Shown here: one piece after another, positions 45,001-57,000 of the stretch
Layout of the letters: the number at the start of each line of letters is the position of its first letter
How positions within the stretch are numbered: position 1 is the stretch's first letter
Assembly: GCA_944360075.1 (NCBI GenBank)
Contig: CALVTE010000001.1
Location: forward strand, 117,280-181,279
Length of the DNA: 64,000 nucleotides
Reading direction: 5' to 3'
Source: an uncultured Clostridia bacterium
Lineage (GTDB): Bacteria > Bacillota > Clostridia > Christensenellales > UBA1242
Translations under genes and position numbers: made by a program
Notes under the pieces: generated by a model
The model's input: the letters and a program-made list of their open reading frames with translations, nothing else
Told to the model about the DNA's origin: nothing
Databases searched by the model: none

Positions 45001-48000
45001 TGTTACAGTTTTTGTGCCGCCAATCGACATGCTGCCGTTGACGCCAATGCCATAAATGATCGAATTGCCACTCATTGAATTTACAAGTCCGCCGTAAATG
45101 GTTGGCGTAGAATTTTCACTAGAAGCAGCAGTAAATTCTGCCTCCCGCTTGATATCCAAATTGAAGCCGGAGATTGAGCTGTAACCCGATATGCTTGTAA
45201 TCGGAGAAGCCAAGCTCAAACTTGCGTCAAAATTGCCCACAATCGCAACGTTTTTTCCTAAGTCTTCGCCTTGCATAGCTGCCAAAGAATCGGTTGCTGA
45301 ATAGTAAGTAACCTTGTATTCGTCCGTGTCCCTTTCTGATAATGTTTCCATTCCCGATGCATCATATTTCGTTTTCGGATTCAACTTGCTTACATTATTA
45401 TACCAATTAGCACCCTGACCATAAACCTCTTTAGCAAAGTTTATAAATGCTCCATCGTCAATAGCTGTTGTCACCTTGTCTATTATATATGCGCCAGTTT
45501 GCGAGTCACCAAAGCCTTCCAAGCTATTGCTTCCACTATACCCAATATCTGTGCCTTGGGTGTCAAATGCCAAAGCAACTGCAGAGTTGTAATAGTTGCC
45601 ATCTGTGCTAGTCAGTTCGCCTGCACCAATAAGAGCATTTGCGTTGTCAGTTACTGCCAAACGCGCATTGTGGTTTGTGACCATGCTGTTTGAATTTGAA
45701 ACAGTGCCTAAAGACCCGTTTGACGAGTTCGATAAGCTTGAATCGATGCTTCCAACAATTCCGCCAAAATAGTAAGAGGTCATTCGGCTAGTAGTAGCAG
45801 TGCCATAATCAATAAACACTTCGCCATAATTGTTTGCTTTATCAATCGTAAAGTTTGCATTTGCTTTGCCGATTGTGCCGCCCACAACAACCGTTCTGTC
45901 GCCCGTTGGATTTTTAACAATAATGTCGCCGCCAAAAACAGAAGAATTGATGGCAATGGCCTCATCATTTGATTCGCTGTTATGATAATACCCCACAATG
46001 CCGCCCAAAATTGCGTCTCGCGCCGAAAGATCGGCCGTGATGCGCCCAAGATAAGCAACACCATTGCCTTTGCTGCCTAATGTATTGCCAGTAGCCGCTG
46101 CATCATTGCCAGTTTCCGCTGCATCATTGTCAGTTGCCGCTGCCTGATAGCCAATCATTCCGCCGATGTATAGATCTGATGAGGTTGCTTTTGCTTGATT
46201 TTCATAGTTAAAGTAAGATATATCAAGGTCTGAGTAAAGTCCCCCTGAGTTGGAAGATATAACGCCTGCGCTATAGCCCACCAATGAGCCAATGCCTACG
46301 ATTGAAGTGCTTGCGCTTTTAACCTCAATGCCATCTCCGCTATTTCTCACCTCTATGTCGTCCAAAGTCAATTTGGTTGTGCTATACCCAACAACGCCAC
46401 CAACAGCCAAGGCTGGCGAAGTGCCCGAGTCCTCGGTTGCAGCAACGTTTTTAACACCCATCTTGATGTCAAAATTGCTGGCCGTAAATTCAGTATTTGA
46501 ATGCCCAATCAGACCACCAATATATGCGCCTTTAGAGACGTCAACGCCGCTAACCGTGAATGTTACCTCAGAGCCAGATGTTAGCTCAAGTGCGCCTCCT
46601 GCTGTTGTTTGCCCAACAAGTCCGCCTGCATTAAGGTTTGGAACTGTTTGTGGAAGAGTCAACTCGACAGCAGCAGCTTTTTCTTCGTCTTTTTGCAAGT
46701 TGTTGAGATTTTGTGTCGCGCCGATATAGCCGCCAGCGTTTATCGTGCCTTTAACTGTGATATTGCTCAAATCAATTTTTGCTGTTCTGTCGCTGCTAAA
46801 GCCATACAGGTTTACCGACTGATTCAGGGTTCCATCCCCTTTTGAAGTGCTGCCAAAGTAAAGCCCAACATTAAGATTTCCCACATTTGGATCATTCGCA
46901 AACGATATCTCTTTGCTACTTAAATTCTCACTGAAAGTCATTTTGATAAATTGGGCTTCCATGTTTGAGGTCGAGCTGTTTTGCACAAACTCTCCGGCAA
47001 GCAAACCAACGTTTAGTGTTGAATCATTACCCATTTTTGTTGTGTCAACGGCTAGCACGGACTGCGCGCCAGCTTCTTTAGAACTACTATCAATCGTGAT
47101 GTTTGAAATTTTTGTTGAATCAAGTGTTGGCGCAATAAGCCCTGCTGCATCATCAACTGGAGTGACTGTCACGCCGCCATTGATATACAACTTTAAGTCG
47201 TTGATAGTAGAGCCTTCGATCTTTGCCCTGCTGATCACACCGCCATTAACTTTTATTGTATCTCCGCTAGCCACCGTACTAACTTCGACTTCAAGATTTT
47301 CAATAGAAAAACCTATCGCTGTGCTTTCAAACAGTGATTGGGCGATGATAAGCTTGACTTGACCATTATCAGTTTTATAATTATCATTCCCTGTCAAAGA
47401 GCCTGCAAAGTTTCTGATTGGATAGCGAGATAGAAAATCTCTTAAATTGACATCGGCATAGTCCCTTCCCGATTCGTCTTTATAGCCTCTGACGATAACG
47501 TTCAAAGTTGGATTGGTTTGCATAAGCCCAAGCACGTATTCAATGCTTGACGGGTAAGCATCAAGATAAACGGTGGTAGGGTCAGCCAAAGAGTAGCGGA
47601 TATCTGGGAAGAACTGGTCTGGTTGATGTGACCAGTTGCTTTGCTGCCATGTGCCGCTGTTTAAGAAGATTTTTTGAGTTTTTTCGTAGCCCGCTGTGCC
47701 TGTTGTGAAAGTTGAAATGCTTTCAACTTGGTATAGCGCTTTGGCCGTTGGGTCATCATCGTTTTCTGCAAAATATTTGTTGTTTGGATAAAGGTTGATA
47801 AGCAGCTCTTGATCGTAATCGGCAAAGCTGTAAGACTGAACATAACCCACTGATGCAATTTCTGCCTGTGTTCCGGTTGAGCTGCCTTCGCCAGCAGTTC
47901 CGCCCTCTTGTGCGAGTTTTGAGTCATCTCTTGCCTTCCAGAATTTGATTTGCACGCCGAGATTATCCGGTTTTGTTGAGCCGCCAACAAACTGATAAAC

Positions 48001-51000
48001 ATGCTTTGCAACTTTATTAAGATCGGGCATGTTTTTTTCACTCCCGCCTTCGAACTTGTCTGCAAAATCGTCAAAACTGTAAGTTTGGCCTGTGCGATAG
48101 TCGATGTTTGTGAAGAAGTTGACAGCATTTGTTGAAAGCAGTGCAACGCGGTCTTGGTCATTTGAAATGTAGCCGATCAGTCCGCCGCTGTGCCCTTCCG
48201 TATGCTGGCCGTTTGCGTTGTCGTTGTAGTAATACGCCCTTACATCGCCACTTGCATAGGTTTCATAGAGCAAATATTTTGTGTATTGCCCGGCTGCGAT
48301 TATGCTTTTGTCAACAAAGTAGGTTGAAGATTGAGAAAGGTTTGTCTCTCCAATCAAACCGCCTGCAGACTTAGCCGTGAGCGAAATCACGTTCAAATTA
48401 GAGTAAGAAACTTGCAGCGTTCCCGAGCCCACCTGTCCAACAAGTCCGCCAATGGCGATCTGAGAATAGGTTGTGCTTTCGTTTGAAGACATAAACAGGT
48501 CAAGCACGCCGCGCTCAATTTGAGAGTTTTCGCTTTCGCCAGAGTTATAGAAAGATGCAATTTGGTCTTCAATCGCTTGCTGCTCTTGCTCTTCATGCGT
48601 TGAGAAGATTTTGCGCAAGAAGCCGAACGATTGGCCGATAACGCCGCCAGCATAATCTTTTGTGCTCAAAATGTGCGAGCTGTTGCTGCTCATTGATCCA
48701 GAAATGGTAACTCCAGCATCTTGAACAAATGTTTGATGAGCTGTAAGCCCAAACAAACCGCCAACAACCTGACCAACGATGTTGATCTGCCCGCTTGCAC
48801 GAATGTTGCTCACGTTGAAGAGAGGAACTTCGGTGTAAGTGAAGGCTGATGACGTTGCCGTCCCATAAATGTCAACATATCCCACAATGCCGCCGGCGTA
48901 AGAAAGATTTTGAATTGGGCTTTCAACTTCGGTCACATTTGTGGTGTAGGCAAGTTTTGAAAGCCAGCCGCTTGAAGATCGAGCGTTGTTGATGGCCTTA
49001 AGGTCAACAAATGTTTGCACATCTGGGCTGGAAGAAGTTATTCTGACTGATTGAACGTGAGGGTCTGTCACAGTGATGTTTTTGAGTATTGAATCGCCCG
49101 CAACAACACCAGCAAGTGCCCCCGTGAAGTTGCGCCCTTGCACCATTGAGCCGTTTGCATATTCAAGATTGATGTTGATCAAAAGTGCGTCTTTGACGTA
49201 ACCTGCTAAAGTTCCCACAAAAAGTGTGTCACCTGCAAGCAAGTTGGAAGCCACTTCAATGTTGAGCCCTGTGATTTTTGGATTGTAAGTTGCAATGACT
49301 GTTCCTTGGCTGTTGCGCACCTCGTATTTTTCAATAGACTTAAACAAGCCATAAGAAAGATTTTTGCCGTTATATGACAGGCTGAGCCCTGTGATGTTGA
49401 AGCCGTTGCCGTAAAGCGTTCCGCTAAATGCCTTTTGAGTTGAAGGCAGGGTCACAACTTGAGAGTTGAAAGCCGTCATGTCAATGTCGCTGACCAGCCT
49501 GTAAGTGCCGTGAATGGTGGTTTTATATTGCTCTTGGATTGGGGTTGAATTGCTGCTGCCCGTCACTTGCACAAACTCTTCAGCATCGCGAATGATGATT
49601 GGGTTTTGAGAAGAGCCGTAAGAGGCGTCTATATAATAAGTTGGGTCGTCTTCAAAAATGATTCTTCCATATGGCAAAGCGTAAGTTGGCTCGCCTTCCG
49701 CAATCTGGTCATCTTCATAGAACAATGCATAGCGATATGAGTGAGCAATCATGTCGGCTTCAATCAGTTTCAGTCCTTCGGTTCCGCTGATTCCGTCGCC
49801 AGTATCCATTGCCCAAATGCCGTCTTGAAGAGAGTAAGTTGCAATGGCAAAACCATAGAAATAGTCTTCTTCGCCAGCATCAGGCACTCTGATAACGTCT
49901 GTTTTGAAAGCCTCTTCAGTGCTTGAGCCTGTTGAAGAGTCAAGTTCGCTGTAATCTTGATCGTAGTAGTAGCAGTTTTCGTATTCTCCGCTTGCAAGCA
50001 AGTCTCCGTTTGCGTCAAGACCAGAGAAGTTCATTTGAGAGTATCTTTGATTTTCAACTTGGCTTGCCGAGTAGCAATTTGCCACTCTGCCCTCGTTGCG
50101 ATAAACAAAGCCTGAAGCAAGATAAACGCTGCCCACATTTGATGAGCTTGAAATCAAAATATTTGAATAGCAATTTTCGATAAGTGAGCTGTCGCCAGAG
50201 TTTGTCAAGATAAAGCCTGCAATAATGCACTGCTCTGACGAAATTGTTGAGCCCAGTCTTGCGTAAATTTTTTCAGTACCAATAGACGGCTGCTTAACGC
50301 CCTCAACATAGCTTGTCATGATTTTGCCGGAACTTGTTCCCACAAAACCAGCTGCAAAAGCCTTGCTTTCCATTGCCGTGCTGCTCTTGTTTGTCATTGC
50401 AAGGTTTTTGACAAAACTTGCCGCAATGCTGCCAGCATTTTGAAGCACAAATCCCGCCATCTGCCCTTGAGCTTGGATAGTAAAGTTTTCAAGAGAAGTT
50501 TTTCTTGCCATGATTTGATTTGTGTAGATTTCGTCTTGTGCAAGAAGTTCCACAACTTCATCGCCACCCACTCTTGAGTTGGTGATGTTTCCGTTGTTGT
50601 TTAAAACAAAGCCAGCAACCAAACTGTTCCAAGAAGAAGAGTTTTGCATGATTTGTTCGCCAGTGCCTTGGCCGCGGTTGTAAGTCACAATCAAACCTGT
50701 ATCGCCCGATTTTTTTGCCATGATTGCGTTTTCGTTAAGCCCCGATGCACCAATAGCATATTGGTCGGTGTAGAAAGAAACAACTTCACAATTTGTGATG
50801 ATGCCGTAGTTGGTGATTGCAAATCCTGCAATGTTTGATGTGGTTTTTCTTGAAAGGTCAACAGCTATGTTTCCGCCTTCATACAAGTTGACACGAATAT
50901 TTTTGAGTGTTGTGCCTGCATTGACTGTTTTGAACAGTGCAAGATTAAGAGCGCTTGAACTGCTTTGCGTGTCAAACGAGCGGATGTGGATGGTGTGACC

Positions 51001-54000
51001 ATTTCCGTCAAAACTTGAAATAAAGTTGGTGTCAAATGGAGTGTAAGATTCAAGCACAATGTCGTTCATCAAGATATAATCATGCATCTGCTCATCTTCG
51101 CTTTCGGCAAGCGACATAAATTCTTGAGGCGTTTCAACCATGATTGGCAAATCTTCGTCAGAATAAAGGCTGGTTTGCAAGGTCACATATGTTGGAACGA
51201 TGCTCTCTTCTCCGTTTACTACGACATAAGTAAAAATCACGATTTGTTGACTTGACTGCGTCAGTGTGGTTGCTCGAATGTTCACCCTTCCATTATCGTC
51301 AACTGAGATGATAAATGGCGAGGTGTCTTCGCTTGCGCCTTTGATTGGCACATATTCGTTTTCACCAGAACCTGAATTGGTCACATAATAAATTCTGTCT
51401 TCAAGCGGAATAGCTTGATATTTGGCAGCTCCCTCCTCATATACTTTTTCCACGTTGATAAGATAGTCTGATTGAGAAACTTTTCCGTCTGAGCTAATCT
51501 CTGGATAGAAATGATTTTGCTCAAATGTAGAGCGGCTGTTCATAATCTCTTCGTATTTATCTTTAGAATCCGCGTCAGAAGCATCATAGCTTGGATATTG
51601 CGGGTCAAACATATAGTTTAGGCTGAGCGTTTGATTGATGTTGACATAAACGTTAAGCGCGCCATCCACCGCTCCTTCAAGATATGTTTGTTTTTCATCG
51701 ATTTTAAAGTCAACTAAGGTTACTGTTGCTTGCGCGGTTTTTGTTTCTATGTTGTTGTTTATTCTTCTGATCACAGTTGCATTCACATAGAAACGATTGT
51801 CTTCGCCTGCAGTCGCCAAAATGTTTGCGTAAAGGTTGTAGGTGTAAACTCTTTTGTTGGGGGATGATGGGTCAATTTCTCCGTTTGGATTGCCCACCAC
51901 GTGATAGTCTACGTTTGTGGCTCCGCTTATATTGATAGCTTGAACTTCTTGGTCAATATTGACAGCAACTTTGATTTGAGCGCTGCCGCCTTTGGCAAGA
52001 AGCGCCGATGTCATGCCGTCAACTGTGACAGTTGGCTCAGCAAGGTAAGAAACAAAAATGTAAGAATTTGCGTGAGTCACCTCGCTTGGCTGCCCGTCTT
52101 GGCCATAAACTTTGTAGGTGGCCGTGAAAGTCAATGTGCAGTCCGGAATTGCGCGGTTGAAAACTGCAACAACATACAAGTTGTATTTTGAATCACTGTT
52201 GCTGCTAGGAGTGCTAGGAGTAAATCTGAAGCCATTGGTCATATATTCCAAAGAAATCGAGTTGGTAGTGGTATACTTAGTCCCTGATTTTTCCACTGGC
52301 AAGAAGGTGACAGCATCGGCAATAGGCGCACCTGAAACGGTAAATTCCATAAAGTCATAATGTGCATATTGCGGGTTGACGCTGATCTGAATGATAGAGC
52401 TTGTCCCCGGAGCCATCACACCTGTTGCCCCGTCGATTGTGTAAGTTGACTTGCCGTCGTTATAACTTGTGTTTTCAATATGGTAATTTGTTATATCAAC
52501 TTTTGAGATGTTTTGTTTTGAAAGCTTTAAGGTCAAAGTTTGTTCTGAAGCGTAGAAAGAGTTTGATAAAAATTTGATTGCATATTCTTCGTCTGCACTC
52601 AATTTGCTGCGATAACCCTCTGCCACTTCAAACCTGAAACTGAACTCTTTTTGATAAACGCCAGAATTTGAGGTGTCGCTGTCAGACGATACAGTCCTTG
52701 TGACTTGCAGCACAGCTGTGCCATCTGGCTTTGAGTATGTTGTGGTGTCTGAGCCTTCTCTAGTTTCGGCCGTCAAAATTGTTTCAACTTGGCCGCTGAC
52801 AAGCGCAATTTGTGCCGAAGCGTCATCTTCAGAGTCCGTGGTCATCATGGTCACATTGACAACCGTCACAGTTGAAGGCGATAGCGAGATTTCGTTTTTG
52901 TCAAAGCCAATGCTGATTGCTCCGTTAACCGGACTGATTGTGATTGAAACGCCAATTTGCTCTGTTACGGCTTCTTGATATCTCTCGTCAGAAATTTCGG
53001 CATAAATTGTTGCTGTCAGATCACCCTCTTTTGCTGTTGCTGCAAAAACTGCATTTGAAACTTGCTCAAATTCAGTTGAACTTTCCGTTGCTTCCTTTGG
53101 CTCTGGGCTTATCGCGAATTTTTCAAGCATTTTGATTTCAAAAGCATCTGCACCATTGCCAAGATAAACGGTGTCTGTTGCAAACTCGGCAACAAACTGT
53201 CTAGACATTGTTTTTTGCAAGTATACCATTGAGTCATGGCCATGCTCAAACTGCTCTGTTTTGCCAGATGCGTTTTGAGAAGAAACTATGATTGGACTCA
53301 AAGCGTCTTCAACAATATAAGATATAGTTTTGTTTAAGGTTACGTCTTGTTTTGAAGAAAGAGTAAGCGAGCCTGAACCTTTTGACTGTATATAGAGTTG
53401 AGAGCCTGTAACGATAAGGCTGTTGCTGTTCGAGCTGACAATAATGTTTTTGTTATACTGGCAAAGGTCAGAAATGTCTATAGTGTTAAGTTGCTGATAG
53501 TCTTGCGCTTGACTTTCTGACAACGAACTTGCACCAACGCTGGCAACAAGTTCTGCTCTAAAGAATATGATTGAAGATGTTTCGTCTCCATTATTGACAG
53601 GGATTGCTTTGAAAAGTCCGCCCTTTTCAAGCACCATAAATTCTGAAGGAATGGTTTCTACTTTTTCGTCTTGATAGAAGTATCTTAAATAACTGTTGCC
53701 GCCATTGATCTTCACGTTAAAGCCGCTGTCGTCTGAAGTAATCACTCGGCTGCCCGTAAAATCATCTGACGCCACAGTTTGGTAATTTTTAGTATCATCA
53801 TAATAAGATATATATGACAATTTATAACTTATTTCAACTCCTGCTGCATCACCAACAAAAGCTGAAAGTTGATAATAGCTTTCTGACTCTTCAGTTCCAG
53901 TCACTTGTCCGACCTTGTTGTCAACAAAGGCAAAACTTTCTTCAAAGGTAAAGGTTCCCGTGCCTGTTATTTGGCCAATCAGCGCGCCGGTAGTAGTAGC

Positions 54001-57000
54001 GCCTTTAAGTCTGTTGTTGTTTGACTCGTCGCTCGTAAGAATATAGTCATAAGCATAAATTTGATAAACACTGCTTGCTGAAGAAACCACCTGCTGCCCA
54101 ATCACGCCGCCGACAACATTGCCGGTGAAGGTGTTCAAATCTTCCCCTTCAAGGCGATAGAATTCAACACGCGCTTGTTTGATAGTTCCACTGTTTGTGC
54201 CGGCAACACCGCCAACTGTTGCATTCTCACCATTGATTGTAAGCCCAAGAACTGAAACATTTTCAATACTTGCACTGCTAGTGTTAGTGCCTGCAATACC
54301 GCCGACATATCCTGAATTTGCATTTAAAACACTGCTGCTTAAGCCGTTGGTGTCAACCGTAACGTTTTTGATTACGCCAGAGTTTTTGTCCACAACAAAA
54401 CCAGCCGCCGTGACAGAGCCGTTAAAGGTGACATTTCTGATGATGCCGCCTTCTCTGCCTGCCGTCTTGAGCTCTCCTGCAAAGTTTTGGCCGCTAAGGG
54501 TTATAGTGATATTTTTATTATCCCCTTGAAGACCACCATTAAAGGTATCAAAATGCGTGTTTGTAAGAGTGATATCGTTCATAACAGTATAGAAGTATGA
54601 GCTTGCTTCAACTCCGCGATTGAAATCCTCTTCTGAGAAAACGCGATAAGCATAAGCAAAACTTCTTCCGTCAGCCACCAAAATATCAACGCTTTTGAAA
54701 ATGCTTGCAAACGAAATTTGCTGTTGTTGGTTGTTGACAAAGAAGGCGTTTTCTGCCAGCCACTCAAAGTTTGATTTGCCCGTTCCGCTTTTTTCTTGGC
54801 CAAGGCTGTTTATGTTCAAATAGCCTGTGCCGCCCTGATAGCGATAGATAATCTGCTCGCCAATAACAGCATCTGAAGGGAATATGTAAAGTTTGCCACT
54901 TGTGCCAGAAGTCGCTTCCAACTCCACGCGCAATCGGTTGTTTATGTTTTGCACGCGGACAATGCTGTCGGTGACTTGTCCGTTTTCGTCAACAACAAAA
55001 GTTCTGACCCCTTTGTCTTTTGCATAGTCTGGAGAGGTGCTTGTCACAATAAAGCGAGTTGTGTCAGAAATTGTGCCCACTTCAAAATACAAGCCGCCGT
55101 CATCCACGCCGTCCACAACAAGTTTTTCAACTCTGTCGGCATTTATAATCACAAAATTGACTTGTGCTCTATGTGCATCTGCGGCCTCATCTTGCAGCCC
55201 AACTTTGTCAAGGCCTGTCTGCTCGGCAGAAATTGAGTAATAAATGTTGACAAGTTGTGGCGCATTTTGAGCCAGCTCGGTTGATAGAGCAAAGATGGTA
55301 AATTCAAGATAAGAAGGTTGAATGTTGACTGCCATGATATCAAAATATGGATTTGTAACGCTCGCTCCTGTTTCATCTGTCCAGCGAACGCTGTCGCTGT
55401 TTCCAACAATCGAGCCTGTCAAAGTTTGAGCCCCGATGGTTGTTTCAAACCTAAAGTTGACAGCATCCTTGTAGGTGATTTCGCCTGCAGAGTAAGAAAT
55501 TCGCACCGTTTTTCTTACCTGGTCGGTATCACCCACAGAATTGCTTGCATACAATGTGAAGTTTGTGTCGCTTGCAGAAGAAACCGAAAAACTTTCCACT
55601 GCATTATATGAATGCACCAGAATAACTCTTTGAATAAGAATGTCTTCGCCACTTTCTCCAATCCCTTTGAAAGAAAGAACAAGATAACTATAACCTTCGC
55701 CTGAGGTTCTGATATGGTCAAGCGCTAGGTTGCTTGACAATATGTTGCTGCTGTTTTGAGCTTGGTTGACAATTTCGTTCCAGTCGCCATTATAAAGCGA
55801 TAAGAAATTTTCAAGTTGAGTTTGTTTGTCTTGCGAAGAATTTTCATCATACTCAAAATCAAGATAGGCCGCCTCGATTGACGCAACAGCAGAAACGCCG
55901 TTTGAAGTTTGGTTAAACTTGTATGACAAAAGTGTTGTTTGACCATTTTTTAGCATTAAAACTGAAGGAGACATCGAATCTGTTTGCTCTTCTTTGTTAA
56001 TCAAAATTTTGTCAGAAGAGTTTTGCATTGTGATAGAAGCGGCTGAGTTGTCACAAACAACAGCGGCTTCAGTCAGTGGCAAATAGATATTCAAAACAAT
56101 CTCGTTGCTGATTGCACCGTTTTCATGCATGATAACAAAACTTGTTTGCGAGTTTGTCAAGCCAAGCGAATCTTGTTTAAGTGTGAAATTGATGGCAAAA
56201 GTCACATTTTCGCCATCAGTTGATTGGAAAACAGGCTCGCTTATCTCAACATAGCGGCTGCCAGAAAGGTTTTCTGGAATATATAGACCGTCGACTGTGG
56301 TTTGGCCAAGCAAGGTGAAGTTTTGTGAAATGGTTGCAACTGAAGAGCTGTCGATTTTGATTTGGTCAACCGCCGTTTCAAATTCGATGCTGCCAGAGCT
56401 TTTTACAACGCTCACAGACATGTTTGCCTGCGTTGCCTTTGGATTGTCAACAGAAGCAAACGAAATGCCGATGCCTCTGAAACTTGAATCGGGATTTCCC
56501 GCCTCGTTTTCAGCAGTGAAAAAGTCTGGATTTGCCTTCAGATAGATTTGGTGCTTAAGCGGGTCAGTCAAAGTTGAGGAAATTGGTTGTGAAACAAACG
56601 CAGATGAGTTTGGATCCCATTCAAGACCGATTTCTGAGTAAGCCCCACTTGAACGAGTGTAGACCAAAACAGGAGAAAGGTTGCTGCGCAGCCCAAGCCC
56701 ATTGGTGCTGACAGAAAGCACAATCTGCCCGCTTGCTTGTGTCACAGATCTTGGAGTAAGGCTCACTTCAAACAGTTGTCCAAAGCCGCCGTTCATTGAA
56801 CTTGCGTAGTTTGAATAGAGATATTGCATCTCGTTTGAAGCATCCATTTCATCCTTGGTGACAGAGACTTTTTGAATTTTTTCTTTTGCGTTGACTTTGA
56901 TTCTTCCAAAGCCAAGTTCGTCTGAACTGATATGGTAGTTGTAATTTTTGTATCCAACATTGAAAGCCACAAAGAAAACGTCATTGATATTTCTGTTTTC

